From a bacterium (GTDB taxonomy: Bacteria; Zhuqueibacterota; Zhuqueibacteria; Oceanimicrobiales; Oceanimicrobiaceae), in the NCBI GenBank assembly GCA_037446635.1, contig JBBIIG010000005.1, positions 1 through 64,000 of the forward strand: a stretch of 64,000 nt of DNA, written 5' to 3'. The notes beneath the pieces were generated by a model. That model was not told the DNA's origin, did not search any database, and saw nothing but the letters and a program-made list of their open reading frames with translations. The position numbers and the translations under genes are program-made. How positions within the stretch are numbered: the first letter of the stretch is position 1; every line of letters starts with the position of its first letter. Below, piece by piece: positions 30,286-39,303 of this stretch.

Positions 30286-31587
30286 ATGCATATCAGCGTA
30301 ATTGGCACAGGCTACGTCGGTTTGGTCACAGGCACGTGCTTCGCAGAATTTGGTAATGACGTGATTTGCGTCGACATTGACGCGGAGAAAATAAAGCAGC
30401 TGCAAAATGGCAAAGTGCCAATTTACGAACCCGGCCTGGAAGATCTGGTTGTCAAAAACACCCGCGAAGGGCGCTTGACCTTTACCACCGATCTTAAAGC
30501 CGCGGTCGAAAAATCGCTGGTCATTTTCATCGCCGTCGGCACGCCCCAAAATGATGATGGTTCCGCGGACATGCGTTTTGTCGAGGCGGTGGCGAAGGAA
30601 ATTGCCGGCTATTTGAACGGCTACAAAGTCATCGTCAACAAAAGCACGGTGCCAGTGGGCTCCGGTAGATGGATGGAGGAAATCATAAAAGCGCATTTGC
30701 AGGAGAAGCACGCTTTCAGCGTGGTTTCCAACCCGGAGTTTTTGCGCGAGGGTTCGGCTATTGAGGATTTTCTCCGCCCCAACCGGGTGGTCATCGGCGC
30801 GGAAAGCAGTGAGGCCATCGCCATCATGAAAGAACTGTACTCGCCGCTCTATTTGATCGAAACGCCGTTCGTGATCACCAACCTCGAAAGCGCCGAGCTG
30901 AGTAAATACGCCTCCAATGTTTTTCTTGCCACTAAAATTTCTTTCATTAACGAAATCGCCAATTTCTGTGAGTTGATCGGCGCCGATGTTCATCAGGTGG
31001 CGTTGGCGATGGGATTAGACAACCGCATTGGAAAAAAATTTTTGCACCCCGGCCCGGGGTTCGGCGGCTCCTGTTTTCCCAAGGATACCACGGCGCTGCT
31101 GCACCTTGGCCAGAAATTCAATTTTGATTTTCAGATTCTTCAATCAGTGATCCGCGTCAATCAACAGCAGCCCGCTTTAATGGTGACAAAAATAAAAGCG
31201 GCGGTTGGCCAACTCACAAACAAAACGTTGGGCGTGCTGGGACTTTCGTTCAAGCCCAACACCGACGATATGCGCGAGGCGCCTTCTGTTAAAATCATAA
31301 AAGAATTGCAGAAGGAAGGCGCCCGTATCAAAGCCTTTGATCCAGCGGCGATGGAAAACGCAAAAAAAATCCTGCCCGATTTAATTTATTGTCAGGATAC
31401 GTATGACGTCGCCGAAGACTCCGACGCGTTGATTTTCATCACCGAATGGAACCAATTCCGCAGCCTTGATTTGGATAGAATCAAAGCGCTGATGAAAACG
31501 CCAATCATCGCTGACCTGCGAAATATTTACCAACCCGAAAAAATGCGAGAAAAGGGATTTCAGTACACCAGCGTCGGCCGCCCGTGA
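30286..31587 (+). CDS. ugd: UDP-glucose 6-dehydrogenase
   Basis: GTGYVGL, NPEFLREG, GFGGSCFPKD, FKPNTDDMRE. Confidence 0.95.
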   Translation: MHISVIGTGYVGLVTGTCFAEFGNDVICVDIDAEKIKQLQNGKVPIYEPGLEDLVVKNTREGRLTFTTDLKAAVEKSLVIFIAVGTPQNDDGSADMRFVEAVAKEIAGYLNGYKVIVNKSTVPVGSGRWMEEIIKAHLQEKHAFSVVSNPEFLREGSAIEDFLRPNRVVIGAESSEAIAIMKELYSPLYLIETPFVITNLESAELSKYASNVFLATKISFINEIANFCELIGADVHQVALAMGLDNRIGKKFLHPGPGFGGSCFPKDTTALLHLGQKFNFDFQILQSVIRVNQQQPALMVTKIKAAVGQLTNKTLGVLGLSFKPNTDDMREAPSVKIIKELQKEGARIKAFDPAAMENAKKILPDLIYCQDTYDVAEDSDALIFITEWNQFRSLDLDRIKALMKTPIIADLRNIYQPEKMREKGFQYTSVGRP

Positions 31588-31598
31588 CATTCCCCAGC

Positions 31599-31626
31599 GT
31601 GGAGGCGTATCGCGATACGCCCCTAC
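31599..31626. repeat. GTAG-type REP palindrome (second copy)
   Basis: GTGGAGGCGTATCGCGATACGCCCCTAC. Confidence 0.7.
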
Positions 31627-31755
31627 TTATCTCGTGTGTCAGTGATAAACAACGTTTCAGCCTGGCACAAGCCATCCGTTCAGAAAGGCAAGTTGCCCGA
31701 TATTTTAGGATAATAAATTTAAGTAGTTAAGAATTATTCGATTCCCAGTTTTGAA

Positions 31756-31770
31756 TGGCATCATACTTGC
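31756..31770 (+). promoter_or_regulatory. Putative sigma54 (-24/-12) promoter
   Basis: TGGCATCATACTTGC has GG-N10-GC spacing, about 70 nt upstream of 31839. Confidence 0.6.
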
Positions 31771-31838
31771 GAAAAGCCTGCTGATTTAGGTCTTTTGAAA
31801 TGCCATTGCAGAGTTGAGTTTTTGTAGGAAGACATAAC

Positions 31839-33053
31839 ATGCGCACGTTGATGATTGCCCCCCAGCCCTTTTTTCAACCGCGGGGAACGCCATTCAGCGT
31901 TTTACATCGTCTCAAAGCGCTTTCGCAGTTGGGATACAAAATCGATTTGCTGACCTATCATTTGGGCGAAGACGTCGCCATCGATGGCGTCACCATTCAT
32001 CGCATCCCGAAGGTGCCCTTTATCAACAAAATTGCCATCGGGCCGTCGAAGAGCAAGGTGGTGTTGGATGTTTACGTTTATCGAAAAGCACTGCGCATGT
32101 TGGCCTCCGGCAAATATGATTTGCTCCACTCCCATGAAGAAGCCGGATTTTTCGCCACGCGACTTTCCCGAAAATTCAACACCCTGCATCTTTACGACAT
32201 GCACTCGAGTCTGCCGCAGCAATTGTCGAATTTCAAATTCAGCAAATCAAAAATATTGATTGGCGTGTTTGAAAATTTAGAAGCGCGCACCATCAACGGC
32301 GCCGACGCGGTGATTACGATTTGCCCGGAGTTGTATGCTTACGTCAAAGAGCGCTTCCCGCAAAAATTCAACCTGCTGATCGAAAACGTCGCCGACAACA
32401 GTTTGGTTTTCGATTCTCACCTCGATGCGCAAGCGCTCCGTGAGCAACTGAAGACTAACGGCGAAGCCGTGGTTTTGTACGCTGGCACCTTCGAGCCGTA
32501 TCAGGGTATTGATTTACTTATTCAGTCCAGTGTCAAAGTTATTGCGCATAACAAACATGTGCGTTTCGTTTTGGTGGGAGGAAAGCCGGAGCAAGTGAAT
32601 CAATACAAAAAGATGGTCAATGAATTGAAGCTCGATGATCATTTCCTTTTCACCGGCTCGGTTCAGCCGCAGGAAGTGCCGGCATACATCGCTGCCTGCG
32701 ATGTGCTGGTTTCGCCGCGCGTCTCGGGCAACAATACGCCGTTGAAAATCTATTCGTATTTGCGATCGGGCAAACCCATTGTCGCCACCAATCATATCAC
32801 CCATACACAAGTTTTGAATGAAAATGTAGCGGTTCTCACCGATTGCGATCCGGCATCGTTCAGCGATGGCGTGCTGGCGGTGTTGAACGACGCCAATTAT
32901 CGCACGCGCCTCGCCAGCAACGCGCAGCGGCTCGCTGAAGAAAAATACAGCTATGAAGCTTATTTGAGAAAAACCAAAACGGTGTATGAATTTTTGGAAA
33001 AGCAACTTTCTACTCGGAGGGCAACCAACTCATGTGCGGCATCTGCGGCTTGA
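31839..33053 (+). CDS. Glycosyltransferase family 4
   Basis: YAGTFEPYQG, PLKIYSYL..GKPIVAT (GT-B fold). Confidence 0.88.
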   Translation: MRTLMIAPQPFFQPRGTPFSVLHRLKALSQLGYKIDLLTYHLGEDVAIDGVTIHRIPKVPFINKIAIGPSKSKVVLDVYVYRKALRMLASGKYDLLHSHEEAGFFATRLSRKFNTLHLYDMHSSLPQQLSNFKFSKSKILIGVFENLEARTINGADAVITICPELYAYVKERFPQKFNLLIENVADNSLVFDSHLDAQALREQLKTNGEAVVLYAGTFEPYQGIDLLIQSSVKVIAHNKHVRFVLVGGKPEQVNQYKKMVNELKLDDHFLFTGSVQPQEVPAYIAACDVLVSPRVSGNNTPLKIYSYLRSGKPIVATNHITHTQVLNENVAVLTDCDPASFSDGVLAVLNDANYRTRLASNAQRLAEEKYSYEAYLRKTKTVYEFLEKQLSTRRATNSCAASAA

Positions 33054-34969
33054 CTTATTTTGATCGCGAACGCATCGTTTCCGAATCTGCTATCAAACGC
33101 ATGTGCGATGCCATGACGCACCGCGGCCCGGATGACGAGGGGGTGCTCGCCAAACGCAACACCGGCATTGGCATGCGCCGACTCAGTATCATCGATCTCG
33201 CCACCGGCCACCAGCCGCTCTCCAATGAAGACGGCACGGTGTGGATCGTCTTCAACGGCGAAATTTACAATTACCTCGACGTGCGCGAGGAACTGATGAA
33301 ACGCGGCCACAAGTTTCGCACCAAGAGCGATACTGAAACCATCATCCACGCTTACGAAGAATACGGCGTCGATTGTCCGAAGAAGCTGAATGGCATGTTC
33401 GCGTTCGCAATTTGGGATCAGAAAAAGCAAACACTGTTCATCGCTCGCGACCGCCTCGGCATTAAGCCGATGTACTACTACTACGATGACGAAAAGCTGG
33501 TCTTTGCCTCCGAACTCAAAGCGCTTCTCGAAGTGAAGGAGGTGCCGCGACAAGTTGAGCTGCAGGCGCTCGATATGTTCCTGACATTCGAGTACATTCC
33601 CGCGCCCTACACGATTTTCCAAAACATCGCCAAGCTATCACCCGGGCATTGGCTGAAACTTGAAAATGGCAAAATCACCATCCGCCGCTATTGGGACGTG
33701 AAGTTCGACGAGCGCGAATATAAAGAAAAAGAAATCTGCGAGCAGCTCGTGGCGCTGCTGCAGGACGCGGTGAAAATTCGCTTGATGAGCGAAGTGCCGC
33801 TGGGTGCATTTTTGAGTGGTGGCATTGATTCGAGCACCGTCGTGGCGTTGATGAGCCGCGAGATGAATCGCCCCGTCAAAACGTTTTCCATCGGATTCAA
33901 AGAATCGAGCTACAACGAAATCAACTACGCCCGCATCGTCGCCAATCATTTCAAAACCGAGCATCAGGAATTTATCATCGAACCCAATGCGTTGGAGTTG
34001 GCGGAGAAGTTGATCTGGCATCTCGACGAGCCGTTCGGTGACTTTTCGATCTTTCCAACTTATCTGGTTTCAAAAATGGCGCGGCAGTATGTCACGGTCG
34101 CGCTCTCTGGCGATGGTGGCGACGAGCTGTTCGCCGGCTACGATACTTACATCGCCAACAAAGTCGCACGTGCCTATCGCCGGTTGCCGAGTTTTTTGCG
34201 CAAGGGCATGTTGGAACCGTGGATTGCCAAGCTGCCGCCGACTGAACAGAAAAAGGGGCTCGTCAATCGCGCGAAGCGATTTGTCGAAGGCACGCTCTTG
34301 CCGGAAAATTTAGAGCACACGCGCTGGATGATCTTTTTGCAGGAGATGGAGAAATCGCGGCTGTATGCGCCGGAAGTCCAATCCGAAATTCGTTACAGCG
34401 ACAGCTTCGAGTTCATCCGCAAATATTTCAATCAAACCCGCACCACGGATGAGCTCAATCGCCAAATGTACGTGGACATCAAAACTTATTTGGTGGACGA
34501 CATTTTGGTGAAGGTCGATCGCATGACCATGGCCGCGTCGCTTGAGGGCCGCGTGCCGTTTTTGGATTACCGCTTTGTAGAGCTGGTCGCCACCATTCCC
34601 AGCCGATTGAAATTGAAAGGCACGAACACCAAAGACATTTTGAAAAAAGCGATGAAAGACATTTTGCCGCCGCAGATTTTGAAGCGCGGCAAACAAGGCT
34701 TCAGCATTCCCATTAAAAATTGGCTGAAAGAAGATCTCAAAGGCCTGATGCTCGATGTGCTGAGTCCGCACAAAATCAAACAGCAGGGATTCTTCAATGC
34801 AGATTATGTGCAGCGGCTTACGCAAGAGCATTTGTCCGGCAAAGAAAACCACAGCCACCGCCTGTGGGCGATGATGGTGTTTGGCATCTGGCACGATATC
34901 TATTTGGGAAATCAAAACGGATCAGTTGAAAAGAGTTTCAAAACTTCCGGCGAGTTCGCAGCGGTTTGA
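33032..34969 (+). CDS. asnB: Asparagine synthase (glutamine-hydrolysing) family amidotransferase
   Basis: MCGI, HRGPD, FNGEIYN, SGGIDSS, GDGGDELFAGY, RVPFLD. Confidence 0.93.
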   Translation: MCGICGLTYFDRERIVSESAIKRMCDAMTHRGPDDEGVLAKRNTGIGMRRLSIIDLATGHQPLSNEDGTVWIVFNGEIYNYLDVREELMKRGHKFRTKSDTETIIHAYEEYGVDCPKKLNGMFAFAIWDQKKQTLFIARDRLGIKPMYYYYDDEKLVFASELKALLEVKEVPRQVELQALDMFLTFEYIPAPYTIFQNIAKLSPGHWLKLENGKITIRRYWDVKFDEREYKEKEICEQLVALLQDAVKIRLMSEVPLGAFLSGGIDSSTVVALMSREMNRPVKTFSIGFKESSYNEINYARIVANHFKTEHQEFIIEPNALELAEKLIWHLDEPFGDFSIFPTYLVSKMARQYVTVALSGDGGDELFAGYDTYIANKVARAYRRLPSFLRKGMLEPWIAKLPPTEQKKGLVNRAKRFVEGTLLPENLEHTRWMIFLQEMEKSRLYAPEVQSEIRYSDSFEFIRKYFNQTRTTDELNRQMYVDIKTYLVDDILVKVDRMTMAASLEGRVPFLDYRFVELVATIPSRLKLKGTNTKDILKKAMKDILPPQILKRGKQGFSIPIKNWLKEDLKGLMLDVLSPHKIKQQGFFNADYVQRLTQEHLSGKENHSHRLWAMMVFGIWHDIYLGNQNGSVEKSFKTSGEFAAV

Positions 34970-34975
34970 AGAAAT

Positions 34976-35121
34976 AAGTTCCCTCCTTTGGAAAAGGAGG
35001 GACAGGGAGGATTGGTTTTTGTAGGATGGTCGTACTAATGAATCCCCCTTCCGCGAAGCCTGCCTGCGCAGGCAGGCGGATCCGCTTTGGCGGAAAATCC
35101 CCCTCTTTCAAAGGGGGACTT
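34976..35121. repeat. CCCCCT/AGGGGG composite palindromic element with nested CCTGCCTGCGCAGGCAGG
   Basis: CCCTCCTTTGGAAAAGGAGGG ... CCCCCTCTTTCAAAGGGGG hairpins. Confidence 0.75.
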
Positions 35122-35192
35122 TTAGTCCCGAATGGTGACGTTTGCATTTTTCAATTTTCACTTTGCATTATGACTACACAATTTGAGGAGAA

Positions 35193-36002
35193 ATGGAATT
35201 GACTGAGGCTGAAGAAATTGTAGAATCAAAGCCAGAATTGAACGACCCGCTGCTTGAAAAAATCCGCCGCTACTGGAACTCCCACATCCATGATCTCGAA
35301 TTAGCAAAGCACCCTGTTGGCAGCAAGGGATTTTTCGAGGATCTCAATGAGTACCGTTTCGACAAATTGCGCTACCTGCCCAAGGTCGTCGATTTCAATG
35401 GCTACAAAGGAAAGAAGCTGCTGGAAGTCGGATGTGGCGTCGGCATCGATGCGGTGCGATTCGCCCGCGGCGGCGCAATCGTTACCGGAGTGGATTTGTC
35501 TGAAACGGCCATCGAACTGGCGAAGAAGAATTTTTCGCACAATGAATTAGCTGGCGACTTCCGCGTGGGCAATGGCGAGGCGCTGGAATTCGCCGACAAT
35601 TCTTTTGATGTGGTTTACGCCCACGGCGTTATTCAATACACCGCCAACGCGCAGAAATTAGTGGACGAACTGCGCCGCGTCGTCAAGCCCGGCGGCGAGG
35701 TGATCATGATGGTGTACAACCGTCATTCGTGGCTCAACTTTCTTTCGGTGACGATGGGGGTCGGTCTCGAACATCAGGATGCGCCGGTGTTGAAGAAATA
35801 CACCATCGCGGAATTTCGAGAGTTGCTTGCTAATTTCTCACAAGTCAAAATTATCCCGGAGCGGTTTCCGGTAAAATCGCGTCTGCAAAAGGGCGCGAAA
35901 GCCGCGTTCTTTAACTACTTTTTTGTGCCTGCTTTCAATTTGATTCCGAGATTTTTGACGCGTAATAGCGGCTGGCACATCATGGCTTTTGCGTATAAGT
36001 AA
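35193..36002 (+). CDS. Class I SAM-dependent methyltransferase
   Basis: LLEVGCGVG, GVDLS, FDVVY, RVVKPGG. Confidence 0.92.
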   Translation: MELTEAEEIVESKPELNDPLLEKIRRYWNSHIHDLELAKHPVGSKGFFEDLNEYRFDKLRYLPKVVDFNGYKGKKLLEVGCGVGIDAVRFARGGAIVTGVDLSETAIELAKKNFSHNELAGDFRVGNGEALEFADNSFDVVYAHGVIQYTANAQKLVDELRRVVKPGGEVIMMVYNRHSWLNFLSVTMGVGLEHQDAPVLKKYTIAEFRELLANFSQVKIIPERFPVKSRLQKGAKAAFFNYFFVPAFNLIPRFLTRNSGWHIMAFAYK

Positions 36003-36018
36003 GTCATCAATATTGATA

Positions 36019-36108
36019 AACCGCAGCGAACGCAGAGTGAAATCCTTTTGGAAAAAATGTGATCTCCAGAATTTGGTTTTCTCTGCGCTCTCCGCGTCCT
36101 CTGCGGTT
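36019..36108. repeat. 9-nt periodic inverted repeat (CGCAGAG family)
   Basis: AACCGCAGCGAACGCAGAG ... CTCTGCGCTCTCCGCGTCCTCTGCGGTT. Confidence 0.75.
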
Positions 36109-36132
36109 AAATTTTCTGGACAAACGATCTAA

Positions 36133-37806
36133 ATGAAACGAGACCTGACGGAGTTAGCAAAGGGGGAGTTCGATGTAATTGTCATTGGCGGAGGAATATA
36201 CGGAGTGTGTACAGCGTGGGACGCCGCGCTGCGCGGGCTCACCGTCGCGCTGATCGAGAAAAGTGATTTCGGCAGCGCGACTTCTTCCAACAGTTTAAAA
36301 ATTATTCACGGCGGATTGCGCTATCTGCAGCATGCGGATTTCAAGCGCATGCGCGAGTCGATTGTCGAGCGCAGTCACCTCATGCGCATCGCGCCGCACC
36401 TCGTGCATCCACTGCCCTGTGTCATGCCCACCTACGGCCATGCCCTCAAAAGCAAGGAAGTGATGGCCGTCGCACTGCTCATCAATGATATTATCGGCTT
36501 CGACCGCAACCGCATCGCCCGTTCGCAGCACATTCCCAACGGTCGCGTCATTTCCAAAAAAGAAATTCTCGATATTGTGCCCGGTCTCGATGAAAAAGGA
36601 CTCACCGGCGGCGCGCTGTGGTACGATGGTCAAGTCTCCAATTCCGAGCGGATGCTGTTATCGATTTTGCATTCGGCGGTGGCGGCCGGAGCCGTGGTTG
36701 CCAATTATGTTGAGTTGACGGGACTTCAAAGAAATGGCGATCGTGTTACGGGCGTTAAAGTGCGTGACACGATGAGCGGCGATGAATTGGTCATTCACTC
36801 GAAGCTTGTCATCAACAACAGCGGACCATGGGTGAATTCGATTTTGCAGAATCTGAACGGCCGCCATGTCCAGTTCAAAATCGGATTGTCGGCGGCGATG
36901 AATTTGGTGGTGAAGAGAAAAATTTTTCCGGAATATGCGGTTGGTCTTTGGAGCAAAAAGCAGTTCAAAGACGACGATGCCGTGCTGAGCAAAGGTGGGC
37001 GATTGTTTTTCATCACCCCGTGGAAAGATTATTCGCTGGTCGGCACCACGCACGTTCATTACGAAGGCATCCCCGGCGATTTCAAAATTCGCGAAAGCGA
37101 CATCATCAATTTTATGAATGAAGTGAACGACGCTTATCCGCCGGCCAATCTCAAACGCGAAGAGGTGTCATTTTTCTACGGCGGGCTGCTGCCGTCTGAT
37201 GGTGTCAATCCCCAAACCGGCGATATCAAGTTGCTAAAGAGCTATCGCATCGTCGATCACAAAATCGAAAACGATCTCGATGGGATGATCTCCATTTACG
37301 GTGTCAAATACACCACCGCCCGCGACGTGGCGGAAAAAACAGTGGATTATGTTTTTAAGAAACTCGGAAAGACCGCGCCCGTCTGCCAAACTTCCTCGCG
37401 GCCGGTTTATGGTGGCAATGTCGAAAACTACGAGGAATTTTTGCTTAACGAAAAACGCAAGTCATCAAAGTTAAGTATGGATGTGATCGAATATTTGATC
37501 AGTAATCACGGATCGGCGTATGGCAAAATCGTGCGCTATGCAGAAGAGAATCCTGAATTGGCGGAGCGAGTTCATTCTTCTTTCAAAACGATCAGGGCTG
37601 AAGTCATCTACGCGGTGCGCGATGAGATGGCGCTGAAGTTGGCGGACGTCGTCCGTCGCCGCACCGAATTGGGCAGCGCCGAATGTCCTCCGGATGCCGC
37701 GCTGAAAACCTGCGCGCAATTGATGGCCGCGGAGTTGGGATGGGATGCGAAGAGAATTGAAAAAGAAATTGAAGAGGCGAAAGCGATTTATGTCCCGGCG
37801 CAGTAG
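36133..37806 (+). CDS. FAD-dependent glycerol-3-phosphate dehydrogenase/oxidase family protein
   Basis: IGGGIYG, DAALRGL, TSSNSLKIIHGGLRYL, GTT, KYTTAR, RRT. Confidence 0.88.
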   Translation: MKRDLTELAKGEFDVIVIGGGIYGVCTAWDAALRGLTVALIEKSDFGSATSSNSLKIIHGGLRYLQHADFKRMRESIVERSHLMRIAPHLVHPLPCVMPTYGHALKSKEVMAVALLINDIIGFDRNRIARSQHIPNGRVISKKEILDIVPGLDEKGLTGGALWYDGQVSNSERMLLSILHSAVAAGAVVANYVELTGLQRNGDRVTGVKVRDTMSGDELVIHSKLVINNSGPWVNSILQNLNGRHVQFKIGLSAAMNLVVKRKIFPEYAVGLWSKKQFKDDDAVLSKGGRLFFITPWKDYSLVGTTHVHYEGIPGDFKIRESDIINFMNEVNDAYPPANLKREEVSFFYGGLLPSDGVNPQTGDIKLLKSYRIVDHKIENDLDGMISIYGVKYTTARDVAEKTVDYVFKKLGKTAPVCQTSSRPVYGGNVENYEEFLLNEKRKSSKLSMDVIEYLISNHGSAYGKIVRYAEENPELAERVHSSFKTIRAEVIYAVRDEMALKLADVVRRRTELGSAECPPDAALKTCAQLMAAELGWDAKRIEKEIEEAKAIYVPAQ

Positions 37807-37950
37807 TAAGAATTTTGTCATTTCGAACGCCGCCGTATTTTGGTGGCGTGAGAAATCTGACGACGCAGACACGTTCAAAGAAAAGCTGACCGCTGAAAAG
37901 CTGATAGCTGACAGCTTGAACCCAATGAATTAGACAAGACATTCGTTCAC

Positions 37951-38961
37951 ATGAAATCATCGAAACCAAACGCATTAAAACCTCGCGCCTTCGTCACCGG
38001 CGGCAGCGGCTTCACTGGCGGGCACCTCTGTCGAATGCTAGTTGAACAGGGTTACACCGTCACCGCGCTGGCTCGCGCATCTAGCAAAGTCGATCATCTG
38101 AAAGCATTGGGGATACAAATCGCCACTGGCGACCTTTCGACTTCGTTTTCTCTAAACGGCGTGCTGGAAAACATCGACGTGGTTTTTCATGTCGGCGCGG
38201 CGTATCGGCAGGAGGGGGTGCCCAAAGAATATTTTTGGAAAGTGAACGTCGATGGCACGCGCACGTTGTTGGAGCAGGCGCGCGATGCCGGCGTGAAGCG
38301 ATTCGTTCATTGCAGCACGGTGGGCGTGCAGGGCGAGATCAAAAATCCACCGGCGAAAGAGACCGATCCCTACAATCCCGGCGATCACTATCAAGAATCG
38401 AAAGTGGAAGGAGAGAAGCTGGCGTTGGGATTTTTCGAGCGCTACAAAATGGAAGGCGTGATCGTGCGCCCTGTTGGCATTTATGGTCCGGGCGATACTC
38501 GCTTCTTGAAATTGTTCAAGCATATCAACAACGGCACATTTCGCATGATCGGCACCGGCGAAGTTTTGTATCACCTAACTTTTGTCGAAGATTTAGTGCG
38601 CGGAATTATTTTAGCCGGCGAAAAACCCGAAGCCGTCGGCCACATTTACGCCATCGGCGGAGATGAATATTTGACGCTGAAAGAACTGGTGGCACTGATC
38701 GCCGAAGTGCTGGGCAAGCCGGCGCCGAAGAAACGCGTGCCGCTCGGACCCGTGTATGCCGCCGCAGCGTTGTGCGAAGTCATCTGCCGGCCGCTGGGCA
38801 TCGAGCCGCCGCTCTATCGCCGGCGCTTGGATTTTTTCACCAAAGATCGCGCATTTGATATTTCGAAAGCAAAAAAGGAACTAGGCTACCATCCTCAGGT
38901 GCCACTGCGCGAGGGTTTGGCGAGAACAGCGAAGTGGTATAAAGAGCAAGGATGGATTTGA
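37951..38961 (+). CDS. NAD-dependent epimerase/dehydratase
   Basis: TGGSGFTG, NVDGT, HCSTVGV, YQESK, IYGPGD. Confidence 0.9.
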   Translation: MKSSKPNALKPRAFVTGGSGFTGGHLCRMLVEQGYTVTALARASSKVDHLKALGIQIATGDLSTSFSLNGVLENIDVVFHVGAAYRQEGVPKEYFWKVNVDGTRTLLEQARDAGVKRFVHCSTVGVQGEIKNPPAKETDPYNPGDHYQESKVEGEKLALGFFERYKMEGVIVRPVGIYGPGDTRFLKLFKHINNGTFRMIGTGEVLYHLTFVEDLVRGIILAGEKPEAVGHIYAIGGDEYLTLKELVALIAEVLGKPAPKKRVPLGPVYAAAALCEVICRPLGIEPPLYRRRLDFFTKDRAFDISKAKKELGYHPQVPLREGLARTAKWYKEQGWI

Positions 38962-38971
38962 CAAGCAAAAA

Positions 38972-39289
38972 TGCCAGGCACCTTCAAGGTGCCTGGCACT
39001 TCAGTGATACAGGCAGGCGAATCCCGACGCTTTTCCGCGAAGCGGATCGGCTCTGCCGATTGTCGGGTGAGGAATCTGACGAAGAATGGATCGCAGAGAT
39101 TAAATGAGAACTGAGCGATTCGCCAAGTCTATTCTCCGACAGATTCCTCGACTCCGCTGCGCTCCGCTCGGAACGACGCGTTGAATCGAATGTTCGAACA
39201 TCGAACAAGGAACTTTTGAATTTCGAACATGCAAAAAGCTGACAGCTGAACTTAAAAAGTGCCAGGCACCTTCGAGGTGCCTGGCACTT
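38972..39289. repeat. Two TGCCAGGCACCTTC(A/G)AGGTGCCTGGCA palindromes (38972-39001, 39257-39289) enclosing a GTCATT-family element
   Basis: Direct repeat of a 27-nt palindrome; internal GAGGAATCT...AGATTCCTC element at about 39010-39177. Confidence 0.85.
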
Positions 39290-39303
39290 AAAGTGAGTCA
39301 CCA

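Noticed and set aside
29044..30993. 649-aa minus-strand ORF and many other long antisense ORFs
   Set aside because: They shadow well-supported plus-strand genes in GC-rich coding DNA and show no recognisable motifs.
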